Assembly: GCA_963675295.2 (NCBI GenBank)
Contig: CAXXKJ010000002.1
Coordinates: forward strand, 4,032,001 to 4,096,000
Source: a bacterium
Lineage (GTDB): Bacteria > Electryoneota > Electryoneia > Electryoneales > Electryoneaceae
Length of the DNA stretch: 64,000 bases
Direction of reading: 5' to 3'
The notes under the pieces are model-generated. The model had not been told where the DNA came from and did no database searches. It saw only the letters and a list, made by a program, of their open reading frames with translations. This document shows positions 40,478 to 49,131 of this stretch, in pieces (the stretch's first letter is position 1; each line of letters opens with the position of its first letter). Both the position numbers and the translations under genes were made by a program.

Positions 40478-42673
40478 ATGATGAGAGTACGTGCTAGCAG
40501 TTTTTTCGCAGGCCTCCTCATCGTGGTGCTGTTCGCGAGCATGAGCTCCGCGGCTCCGACGGTGATCAGTGACGAACTGCAACCGGTTCTCGCCGCGGCG
40601 GATGAATCGGAAATGGTTCGCGTTGTGGTGTTGATGCGTGATCGCCACGACGTGCAGGAATTGTCGAGCATGATGGACGGGCTTCGTGCTACCGACCGCA
40701 AGGCGCTGATGTGGAACGAAGTCAGCCTGCGTGCGGATCGGTCACAGGAAGACCTGCTTGACAACTTGTACCGCCTTGAGCAGCAGGGCAAGGCGACTCG
40801 CATTCGCTCGCTGAAGCTGGCGAACGCGGTAGATCTTCGTGCGACGCCGCGGGTGATCCGTCAGATCGCTCAGCGCGCGGACGTGCGTGCGATCGAGTGG
40901 ATGAACGACGAGAAGGTCATCCCGGATCCGCCGAATTCGGGTGGCAGCGGTAACGAACTCGATGAAATCTGCTGGGGCGTTGACAACGTCCGTGCGCCGG
41001 AAGTCTGGAACGACCTCGGCTATACGGGCGAAGGCATCCTGCTGGCGATCATCGACACCGGTTGCAACTACGAACACATCGACCTCGCCGACCACATGTG
41101 GAACGGCGGCGCCGACTACCCGAACCACGGGTATGACTTCTACAACAACGACAACAACCCGTGGGATGACCACAGCCACGGCACCCACTGCGCCGGTTCG
41201 GCCCTGGGTGATGGCACCGGTGCCTCCCAGACGGGTGTTGCTCCGGACGCCACGTTGATGGCGCTGAAGATCTTCAACTCCGGCGGTAGCGGTGCTGAGT
41301 CGGACTGCTGGGCGGCGCTGGACTTCTGCATTGAGCACGCTGTCCACGTGACCAGCCTTTCGGCCGGTTGGACCAACGCGTCCAACACCATCCGTGAATC
41401 GTTCCGCGATCAGTATGATCTCGTGAACGCCGCGGGCATTGTCAACCTCGTCGCTTCCGGTAACGAAGGTTCCTGGGGCACGATCCCGAACCAGGTGCGC
41501 ACGCCGGGTACCGTCCCGCCGCCGTGGCACAACCCCGATCAGATCGAAGATGGCGGCCTCAGCGGTGTGATCACCGTTGGCGCGACCGACATCAACAACA
41601 ACATCGCCAGCTTCTCCAGCCGTGGTCCGGTGACCTGGCAGGCGGTCAGCCCTTGGTTTGACTACGCGTACAACCCCGGTGCCGGTCTCTTCAAGCCGGA
41701 CGTGTCCGCCCCGGGCGTGAACGTCAAGTCCTGCAACTACATTGACTCCAACAACAACAACATTTACGACGACTATGCTGATGGTTGGGATGGTACGTCG
41801 ATGGCGACGCCGCACGCTGCGGGCGCTGCTGCGTTGCTGCTGTCGATCGACGAAAACTTCACGCCGGCCCAGATCGACGAGATCCTCGAGACCTCGGCTG
41901 TCGATTATGGTACCACGGGCAAGGACAACAGCTTCGGTGCCGGCCGTATCGACACCTACGAAGCCTGCCTGCTGGCTGAGAGCATGGCGACGGACATCAA
42001 CATCCGCATAACGCCGGAATACGACGAACCGTACTTCATTCCGGGTAGCGGTGGCGTGCTTCGCTTCGCGGCTCGCATTCGCAACAACTACGCGGTGAAC
42101 ACGCCGGGCGTGGTGTGGACGGAAGCGATCCTGCCGAATGGCAATACCTACCAGATCGATACCTACAACGTCGTGTATCAGCCGGGTGTGGATATTGAAG
42201 CCCCGAACGCGGCGGTTCAGGTTCCGGGCGGCGCCCCGAACGGCTACTACACCTTCATTGCGAAGGCCGGTCTTGTGTTCGGCAACCCGATCAGCATGGA
42301 CGAGTTCGAGTTCGTGAAGTTCTCGTTCGACGCTGACGGCGACACCGAATGGTCGATGACTGGCTTTGAGGTGATGGACAATGGCGCGGTTGAAGTGACG
42401 AATGTCCCGAGCGAATTCGCACTTGGCGCGGCGTATCCGAACCCGTTCAACCCGACCACGAGCATCAGCCTTTCGCTGCCGCAGTCGGAGCTGGTGACGG
42501 TCTCGGTGTTCAACGCCCTCGGTCAGGAAGTTGCCACACTTCAGAACGGTCAACTGACCGCTGGACAGCACATCTTCACGTTTGACGGCTCCGGTCTCTC
42601 GAGCGGTGTGTACTTCATTTCGGCACAGGCTGGTGCGAACCACGGTTTGCAGAAGGTCGTGTTGATGAAGTAA
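40478..42673 (+). CDS. Secreted subtilisin-like S8 serine protease with propeptide and T9SS-type sorting domain
   Basis: Catalytic triad motifs IIDTG, HGTHCAG and GTSMATPH; ASGNEG oxyanion; YPNPFNP...KVVLMK tail. Confidence 0.95.
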   Translation: MMRVRASSFFAGLLIVVLFASMSSAAPTVISDELQPVLAAADESEMVRVVVLMRDRHDVQELSSMMDGLRATDRKALMWNEVSLRADRSQEDLLDNLYRLEQQGKATRIRSLKLANAVDLRATPRVIRQIAQRADVRAIEWMNDEKVIPDPPNSGGSGNELDEICWGVDNVRAPEVWNDLGYTGEGILLAIIDTGCNYEHIDLADHMWNGGADYPNHGYDFYNNDNNPWDDHSHGTHCAGSALGDGTGASQTGVAPDATLMALKIFNSGGSGAESDCWAALDFCIEHAVHVTSLSAGWTNASNTIRESFRDQYDLVNAAGIVNLVASGNEGSWGTIPNQVRTPGTVPPPWHNPDQIEDGGLSGVITVGATDINNNIASFSSRGPVTWQAVSPWFDYAYNPGAGLFKPDVSAPGVNVKSCNYIDSNNNNIYDDYADGWDGTSMATPHAAGAAALLLSIDENFTPAQIDEILETSAVDYGTTGKDNSFGAGRIDTYEACLLAESMATDINIRITPEYDEPYFIPGSGGVLRFAARIRNNYAVNTPGVVWTEAILPNGNTYQIDTYNVVYQPGVDIEAPNAAVQVPGGAPNGYYTFIAKAGLVFGNPISMDEFEFVKFSFDADGDTEWSMTGFEVMDNGAVEVTNVPSEFALGAAYPNPFNPTTSISLSLPQSELVTVSVFNALGQEVATLQNGQLTAGQHIFTFDGSGLSSGVYFISAQAGANHGLQKVVLMK

Positions 42674-42701
42674 CGTTTTTTGGCAAATACACTTAGGCCA
42701 G

Positions 42702-42744
42702 AAAAACACGGGGATCCGCCGAACTAGCGACGGATCCCCGTTTT
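42702..42744. terminator. Bidirectional terminator
   Basis: ACGGGGATCCG...CGGATCCCCGT flanked by A- and T-runs between convergent genes. Confidence 0.8.
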
Positions 42745-42969
42745 ACGTCTTTTTTGTAATGTTACAGAATTCTCATTGTGTCCCAAAAGATTACAAAACT
42801 TAGGCACGCGTCTTGCGTACGTAAACAACGTCTCCTGACGCGACTTTGAGTCTCGTCTGGAAATTGGCCCTAGTGGCCTGCCTTATGAGACACCTCGGGT
42901 GTACCCCTTGCGCCTGAGGTGTCTCTTCTATTTGGTGCAAACTGCAGTTATTTCCCTGTGTTCCGCAGA

Positions 42970-43725
42970 TTATACCGGCTGCGGTGGCACAAAATGGATC
43001 ACCCGTGCACCGAACGCCCGGTACTTGGCGATCACCTTGTCGTTCATGCTGCCTTCCACCGATGTAAAGCTCTCACCGTAGAATTCGTCCACAAATCCGA
43101 CATGCGTATACCGCGGATTCGACTCAGCATCGAAATCTGCTGCACCCTCAAGAAACAGGCTGCCTGGTGGGATGGACGCGCCCTCGAGATCCGTGACCAG
43201 CAGTTCGACCTCCTGCGCCCACTCCGCGATTTCGCTGCACTCCAGCGTGAACGGGAAGGACACGAAACGATCTCCCTTGGGGAGTTTCGAGAACGAATTG
43301 TGTGCCTGGGCGATGCAGAAGTAGATGAATCCGGCGGGCCAGTAGTGTTCCGGTCCTTCGTAGCCCTGGTTGTAGAGCCGCACCCACGGTCCACGCGGCC
43401 CCGGCAGTGCGGTCGCTCCAGCGCGCAGGTGTTTCTTCGCGTACGCCAGTCCTGTCACCGCGATGGAATCCTTTCCCGGAATTTCCTTCAGGGCGTGCTC
43501 GAGCGGTTTGAGCAGCATCCGCCAGATTCTTTCTTCCAGCACGTCCTTGCCGGTCATGGCGTGCAGCGCACTGCGTGTTGCCTGGGCGAACTTGCCGTCC
43601 ACGGTCAGTTGGAATCCGAGCAGATTCATCATTTCCTGAAACAGCTCGACCCCCTCACCTGTCATGCCCATGCACAACGGTCCCGGGTAGTCAGGCAGTT
43701 CGCCGAACGGGATACCTCTGCTCAT
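42970..43725 (-). CDS. Peptidoglycan-binding domain + CHAP-like protein (catalytic Cys apparently replaced)
   Basis: G..G.GV...Q..MN.LG...VDG.F...T PG-binding motif; GPWVRLY..G; WPAGFIYFC where WCA.FV is expected; HVGFV; SVEG. Confidence 0.7.
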   Translation of the reverse strand: MSRGIPFGELPDYPGPLCMGMTGEGVELFQEMMNLLGFQLTVDGKFAQATRSALHAMTGKDVLEERIWRMLLKPLEHALKEIPGKDSIAVTGLAYAKKHLRAGATALPGPRGPWVRLYNQGYEGPEHYWPAGFIYFCIAQAHNSFSKLPKGDRFVSFPFTLECSEIAEWAQEVELLVTDLEGASIPPGSLFLEGAADFDAESNPRYTHVGFVDEFYGESFTSVEGSMNDKVIAKYRAFGARVIHFVPPQPV

Positions 43726-44196
43726 TCCGCCTCCGCAATGCTGTATGAATGGCTTGGTGGTTTGACAGGTGTGGGCAGGCGACAGGCATGCAGTACGCTC
43801 CGCGCCTTGCTTTCAGGCAAGAATATACGGTTGGGGTGTTTGAAAATGCGTAATCACAGCGATCCTGATATAGCGGTTTGGAGTGCCAGATTCGACTCAA
43901 TCCAGCGATGATTCCAGAATCAAATCACAAACAAGTCTTCGTGTTTTCGATAGTTGATCAGTACCGTTCTGATACAATCACAATACTTTATAAGTTTGTA
44001 ACGCATTAACATGTCTGAAGATGATCCATGTTGAACCTTTCACGCTTAAACAACTAAAGTTTGGCGTGGTTAACTTCTTATCTTTTTGATAATTTGGTTT
44101 AGAACGCTTATATTGCAATCGGATCTCAGGGGGAGACCCATTGCCTTCCACAACACGATTTTTAGACGCACCTCAAGTTTATCCGGGAGACCTCAC

Positions 44197-45555
44197 ATGA
44201 ACTGCAGGGCCTGCCTTTCGCTTGTGCTGTTTCTGCTGATCCTGCCTGGCATGGCTGTGTATGCCGCGTCCGGCGGTGATCTGAAGGGGATGCATGACTA
44301 TGAGGAGTTCGAGAAGCCGCAAGCCTGCCGGCAGTGTCACCAGGACATTTTCCGGCAGTGGGAGCAGTCGATGATGTCGCAGGCGTATACGCATCACTGG
44401 GACGAGGTTGAATACTTCGAGCTCGCGGTTGCGCATACGGAAAACGATCCGAACGTGCCGGCCGAAGTGCACGAAGGCTGCAACGGCTGCCATGCTCCGC
44501 TAGCGTTCATGGCCGGCGATGTTCCGCCGCCGCGTCCGGGCCAAAGCCGCGCGGACGAATCGGTGAGCTGCGATGTCTGCCACACGATCACCGGCAAAGC
44601 GGAAGGGACACCGTTCAATTTCAGCTGGACGATTGAGCCGGGCAAGGACAAGCGCGGCCAGCGTTCGCCGGATACGGTCACCCAGTCCCCGCATCATAAC
44701 ATGGTGCAGAGCGATTTCCACCGTACCACGGAATTCTGCGGCACCTGCCACAACGAGCAGAGCCCCTATGGGGTGATGGTCAAGGCAACGCAGATCGAGC
44801 TACTGGAAGGTCCGTATGGTGCGGAAGGACGTCGCTGCCAGGATTGCCACATGACTTGGAGTGAAGGCTACTCCGCACGTATCGGCAGCAAGCATGATGA
44901 CGTCGCGCAGCACCTGTTCCATGGTGGTCACGATCCGGGCAAGGTGAACGGTGTCGTCGAGCTGCGGATTCACCCGGACATCCGTGAAGTGGTGATCGGC
45001 GAACCGGTGCAGTTCACCCTCGCCCTGTTCAACCAGAAGACCGGCCACAAATTCCCGACCGGATCAGTAGAAGACCGTCTGCTGTGGGTTGAGGTGGAAG
45101 CGGTGGACGCGGACGGAAATGTCTACCACCTCCCCGTCGACAAGAAGGGTTTTGAGGGCGAAGAGTACACCATCGCCAGTGATGAACTGGCGTATACCGA
45201 CATGTCGGTTCCGTTGAACGATCCGGGCTTCAAGGGCGTGCGCCGTGACGGTCATGTCCCGGTTGGCGACCGGATTTTCCGCATGCCGTACCTCAACCCG
45301 GACGGTGAGATCACGATCATGCAGTGGCACACGGCTTCGTTCGGCGTGGACTACCGCATGGGTCCGCGTGAGACCAAGCTGGAGACGTACACGTTTGAGG
45401 TTCCGTTCGAAGCGGCGCCGGGTGAGATGACGGTCACCGCGACGATGTACTACGCGTTGCTGGTGCCGACGGTCGCCGATCTGCTCGGTGCGCCGGAAGA
45501 AGGCGAGCCGATGCTGGTGAACACGCACAGCACGACGGTGACGGTACTCGATTGA
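44197..45555 (+). CDS. Exported multiheme (five CxxCH) c-type cytochrome with C-terminal beta-sandwich
   Basis: Signal peptide; CRQCH, CNGCH, CDVCH, CGTCH and CQDCH; GHKFPTGS motif typical of c554-like multihemes. Confidence 0.92.
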   Translation: MNCRACLSLVLFLLILPGMAVYAASGGDLKGMHDYEEFEKPQACRQCHQDIFRQWEQSMMSQAYTHHWDEVEYFELAVAHTENDPNVPAEVHEGCNGCHAPLAFMAGDVPPPRPGQSRADESVSCDVCHTITGKAEGTPFNFSWTIEPGKDKRGQRSPDTVTQSPHHNMVQSDFHRTTEFCGTCHNEQSPYGVMVKATQIELLEGPYGAEGRRCQDCHMTWSEGYSARIGSKHDDVAQHLFHGGHDPGKVNGVVELRIHPDIREVVIGEPVQFTLALFNQKTGHKFPTGSVEDRLLWVEVEAVDADGNVYHLPVDKKGFEGEEYTIASDELAYTDMSVPLNDPGFKGVRRDGHVPVGDRIFRMPYLNPDGEITIMQWHTASFGVDYRMGPRETKLETYTFEVPFEAAPGEMTVTATMYYALLVPTVADLLGAPEEGEPMLVNTHSTTVTVLD

Positions 45556-45704
45556 GTGCAGGGTGATTGACGGTGGACGTTTTTGTCTGCGGACAATCCC
45601 GGCCAGCGTTTCTGCGGTCGGGGCAAACCGCAGATTGACCCGATCAGCTTTGTTGCGGTCGGGACAGACAGCAAGCTAGGTGATGATCACGGATGTGTGT
45701 TTGT

Positions 45705-45800
45705 CGTCTTTTGCGTCTTTTGCATCCGTTGCGTCTTTTGCTGTCTTTTACTGTCTTTTACTGTCTCTTACTGTCTGTTGCTTTCTGTTGCTTTCTTTTA
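45705..45800. repeat. 9-mer then 10-mer degenerate tandem repeat upstream of the cytochrome-porin
   Basis: Four CGTCTTTTG-like units followed by six CTGTCTTTTA-like units. Confidence 0.85.
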
Positions 45801-45829
45801 CGTTCAGTTTCGATAGAGGGGGAGTATCG

Positions 45830-47050
45830 ATGAAGAAGACATTGCTGGTGGTGTTGCTGGCCGTATTTGCGTTCGTGATGTTCGCAGAGAGTGCGTCGGC
45901 GATTCCGGCGTTCGCACGCAAGTACCGCATGAGTTGTTCGACGTGTCACTACCCGTTCCCGCGGCTGAAGGCGTACGGTGACGATTTCGCGGCCAACGGC
46001 TTCGTGCTCGAGGATCAGGAATCCCCACGGTACTATGTCGATACGGGTGATGAAGACCTGAGCCTTGTACGTGAACTGCCGATTGCGATGCGGATCGACA
46101 CGTGGATGTTCTATGAAGAGGCATCCGAAGCAGTGGACTTCAAGATGCCGTGGACCTTCAAACTGCTGAGCGGCGGCTCGTTGTCCGATCACGTTTCGTA
46201 CTACTTCTACTTCTACTTCGATGAACGCGGCGAAGTGGCTGGTCTTGACGATGCTTTTGTCATTTTCAACAACATCCTGACGGACCAGGATCTTGATGTC
46301 TACGTCGGCCAGTTCTCGATTTCGGACCCGATGATGAAGGCGGAATTGCGGTTGACGTTCGAGAACTACATGGCGTACCGCATGATGCCGGGCTCGTCGA
46401 ACATGCGCACCTCGTATGATCGCGGTCTGATGGTGACCTACGGCGCGCCGTGGGGCAGCACCGGGCTGACAGGTATGATTGTGAACGGGAACGGACTGGC
46501 GGACTTCGACAACGGTTTCGCCGACAACGACGACAAGAAAGTGTTCGCCGCGCACCTGTCACAGGACGTTGGCGACATGCTGAACCTCGGCGGGTTTGTG
46601 ATGATGGGGACGGAAACGCTGCAGGACAACACCATCCCGATCGCGAACATGACCGACAACGAGGTTTCCGTTTTCGGCGTCAACGGTACGTTTGAGATGG
46701 GCCCGCTGCAGGTAAACGGGCAGTACCTGATGCGTACCGACAGCAACCCGTACATCCTCGCCACTGAGCGTGAAGTGACGATGAACGGGATCATCGCCGA
46801 GGCGATTTACTGGCCCAACGGCGATGACAGCAAGTATTTTCTCGCGGCGCTGTACAACAACGTCACGTTCGACGCCGAGGACAGCGCGCCGGCGGCCTTT
46901 TCGACCATGCTCGAGGATATGACCTACCAGACGGTGACCGGTCACATCGGCCACATGGCACGGCGGAATGTGCGCATCGGGCTGGAAGGCACGTACGACA
47001 TGGAGCTGGAACAGTTCAAGGCGGGGATTGGCGTCGTGATGGCGTGGTAG
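45830..47050 (+). CDS. Cyc2-like fused monoheme cytochrome c / outer-membrane beta-barrel
   Basis: GGGGGAG RBS; signal peptide; AIPAFARKYRMSCSTCHYPFPRLKAYGDDFAANGF; alternating beta-strand pattern; terminal aromatic (…GIGVVMAW). Confidence 0.85.
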   Translation: MKKTLLVVLLAVFAFVMFAESASAIPAFARKYRMSCSTCHYPFPRLKAYGDDFAANGFVLEDQESPRYYVDTGDEDLSLVRELPIAMRIDTWMFYEEASEAVDFKMPWTFKLLSGGSLSDHVSYYFYFYFDERGEVAGLDDAFVIFNNILTDQDLDVYVGQFSISDPMMKAELRLTFENYMAYRMMPGSSNMRTSYDRGLMVTYGAPWGSTGLTGMIVNGNGLADFDNGFADNDDKKVFAAHLSQDVGDMLNLGGFVMMGTETLQDNTIPIANMTDNEVSVFGVNGTFEMGPLQVNGQYLMRTDSNPYILATEREVTMNGIIAEAIYWPNGDDSKYFLAALYNNVTFDAEDSAPAAFSTMLEDMTYQTVTGHIGHMARRNVRIGLEGTYDMELEQFKAGIGVVMAW

Positions 47051-47053
47051 GTT

Positions 47054-47140
47054 TCAGTCTTGAGTCTTGAGTCCTGAGTCCTGAGACTTGAGACTTGAGA
47101 TGTGAGATCTGAGACTCGAGTTTCGAGTCCTGGGATGTGA
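47054..47140. repeat. Heptamer tandem repeat (TGAGTCT/TGAGACT-like, about 12 units)
   Basis: tgagtct tgagtcc tgagtcc tgagact tgagact tgagatg tgagatc tgagact cgagttt cgagtcc tgggatg. Same family as 3174-3239 in reverse complement. Confidence 0.85.
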
Positions 47141-47143
47141 TAA

Positions 47144-47183
47144 AAGACCGGGGACACCTACTCCGTTAAGTGTCCCCGGTCTT
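47144..47183. repeat. GGGGACAC-type palindrome, copy 4
   Basis: AAGACCGGGGACACCTA-CTCCGT-TAAGTGTCCCCGGTCTT between convergent genes. Confidence 0.75.
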
Positions 47184-47270
47184 GTTCGATACTCTTGCCT
47201 GTGTTGGCCCGGACAACGCGGCACTTCTAAGCGTGGCCAAAACCGCCACGTACACTCCGAAGCCCGCAGC

Positions 47271-47759
47271 CTACGGGATAACCACATCCTTCGTCTTTGA
47301 TTGCGGGAGTTTGCGCAGGCAGATGGAGAAACCGTCATCCTGGAGGTCACGGATGATCTCGCAGTCATCGTCGGAGAGGCTGACCGATTCGGCGATCTGC
47401 GTTTTGTTCTCGCCCTGTCCGAGGTTGGCGAGGTGGATTTCGCCGGGTACCGCGCCGCCGTTGATCAGGCGTTTCAGGTCGGAGCAACTGCCGACGATCA
47501 GCAGGCATTTATCCGCCTGGCAGCCGCATCCCTTGTAGCGGTCAACGGCTTCGTCGATGGAGAGAATGCCCCCCTGCACACCAGCCATCTGTTCTTCGTA
47601 GAGTGACCGTTCGTCCGGATTTTTGGCGACAGTATCATGCGCGAGCCAGACTTCGTTGGCCCACCCTTTCGCCCAGCCGTAGAGGATCTGCCCATGGAAC
47701 AGCCGGTCGTCCACTCGCACGACGAGACCGTTCAGATCTTCTGCTGGTTGCGCGCCCAT
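47271..47759 (-). CDS. PTS EIIB component, mannose/sorbose family
   Basis: RVDDRLFHGQI...W phospho-His motif. Confidence 0.88.
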   Translation of the reverse strand: MGAQPAEDLNGLVVRVDDRLFHGQILYGWAKGWANEVWLAHDTVAKNPDERSLYEEQMAGVQGGILSIDEAVDRYKGCGCQADKCLLIVGSCSDLKRLINGGAVPGEIHLANLGQGENKTQIAESVSLSDDDCEIIRDLQDDGFSICLRKLPQSKTKDVVIP

Positions 47760-48124
47760 TTGACCTCCACGCAGCGACGGCCATCACGGACCATCTTTTC
47801 CGCGAGTTCCTCGAACTCGACGTTTTCCCTGTGCATGACGAACGAGATCAACATGCCGATGTTGACCCCGGTGATGACGGCTTGCCGTTCGCCGATGGCG
47901 GCGGACGAGCGGATGGTGGGGGAGGTTCCGGGTGTGTCGGTGAAGATGATGTACGGGTCGTCCCCGATCAGGCGGCGGACGCTTTCGGTAATTGCGCCGG
48001 CGGATAGGCCGAGTGTACTCATGGCGATGAACCGATCCTGGCGTCCCACGAGGTGTTCGACCTCCTGGACGAGGATTTCCCCCAGTTTGCCATGGGTGAC
48101 GACCAGTGCGCCGGTGACCATCAC
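47732..48124 (-). CDS. PTS EIIA component, mannose/fructose family
   Basis: LVVTHG.LG, FTD..G.SP and ITGVNIGML motifs. Confidence 0.85.
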   Translation of the reverse strand: MMVTGALVVTHGKLGEILVQEVEHLVGRQDRFIAMSTLGLSAGAITESVRRLIGDDPYIIFTDTPGTSPTIRSSAAIGERQAVITGVNIGMLISFVMHRENVEFEELAEKMVRDGRRCVEVKWARNQQKI

Positions 48125-49131
48125 TCGAAATCCCTTATCAGATAGTTTTTAACTCTGCGGCGGTTCATCTCTTCGGTCATTCGCCGTTGCATCTCCTCGG
48201 CGGGGTTCATGCCGTACACTCGCAGGTGAATCTGCAACGCGATGACTTCCGCGATCATCGAGATATTTTTGCCCGGGAAGATGGGCAAACGCAAGAGCGG
48301 TACCTCGACCCCGAGGTAGTGCGTCGACTCGTAATCGAGCCCGATGCGTTCCCACTCGTAGGATTCATCCCACTCTTCGAGGTGCACCTCGACCTCGACA
48401 CGTTTCTGCACCCGGATCCCGCGCACGCCGAACATGCGCTTGACGTCAATCAGGCCGACGCCGCGTACTTCCATGATGTGGCGGCTGATTTCCGGCGCGG
48501 TGCCGATGAGCACGCCTTCCGCCTTCTTGTCGATACGAACACGGTCGTCGGCGACGAGCCGGTGGCCACGTTCGACGAGGTCGAGCGCGATTTCCGACTT
48601 GCCGATGCCGGAGCGTCCGGTGAACAGCATCCCGGTACCATAGACATCCACCAGCGATCCGTGCACGCTGATCGTCGGCGCGAACTGATCGTCCAGGTAG
48701 TCACTCAACAAGTGGTTGAGATCGGTGGTGGAGAGGTTTGTGCCCATCACGGGAACGTTGTGTTCGCTGGCCTGCACCAACAGCTCCACCGGCGGCTGGT
48801 TGCCGTTGGTGATGATCAGGCACGGCATGTCGAACTTCATCACCTTCTTGATGGAGCTCAGCCGCGCGTCATCGTCCAGCCCTCGCAAGTAGAAGATCTC
48901 GGTGTTGCCGAGGATCTGGATCCGTTCATACGAGAACAGTTCGATGTAGCCGGCCAGTGCCAGGCCCGGCCGGTGGACATGCTTGACGGCGATCTGCCGT
49001 TGCATGCCCTCCGACCCGGCCAGCAGGGTAAAGCCAAGGCGTTCCTCGTTATCCTCGAACAACTGCTTCACTTCGATGAAGTCGAGGACCCGTCCCGCCT
49101 TCGGATTTTCTTTATCGCTCGGTTCGTTCAT
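48121..49131 (-). CDS. hprK: HPr(Ser) kinase/phosphorylase
   Basis: RPGLALAGY, HGSLVDVYG.G, GRSGIGKSE, GHRLVADD and MEVRGVG motifs. Confidence 0.96.
   Translation of the reverse strand: MNEPSDKENPKAGRVLDFIEVKQLFEDNEERLGFTLLAGSEGMQRQIAVKHVHRPGLALAGYIELFSYERIQILGNTEIFYLRGLDDDARLSSIKKVMKFDMPCLIITNGNQPPVELLVQASEHNVPVMGTNLSTTDLNHLLSDYLDDQFAPTISVHGSLVDVYGTGMLFTGRSGIGKSEIALDLVERGHRLVADDRVRIDKKAEGVLIGTAPEISRHIMEVRGVGLIDVKRMFGVRGIRVQKRVEVEVHLEEWDESYEWERIGLDYESTHYLGVEVPLLRLPIFPGKNISMIAEVIALQIHLRVYGMNPAEEMQRRMTEEMNRRRVKNYLIRDFE

Noticed and set aside
43995-44012. Rex/FNR-like operator upstream of the multiheme gene (TTTGTAACGCATTAACAT)
   Set aside because: Only a partial palindrome within an AT-rich region; not distinguishable from chance without comparative data.
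45553-45640. Selenocysteine read-through of the multiheme TGA using the downstream hairpin as SECIS
   Set aside because: Another in-frame TGA follows four codons later, and the protein already ends at a natural domain boundary.
45680-45829. N-terminal extension of the cytochrome-porin (similarly 31579-31953, 44086-44196, 55499-55792)
   Set aside because: The first is only the translated simple repeat. In each case a downstream ATG has the RBS and/or begins the signal peptide or family N-terminus.
47054-47183. CRISPR array (also 45705-45800 and 3174-3239)
   Set aside because: These are short tandem units with no unique spacers, and no cas genes are in the window.
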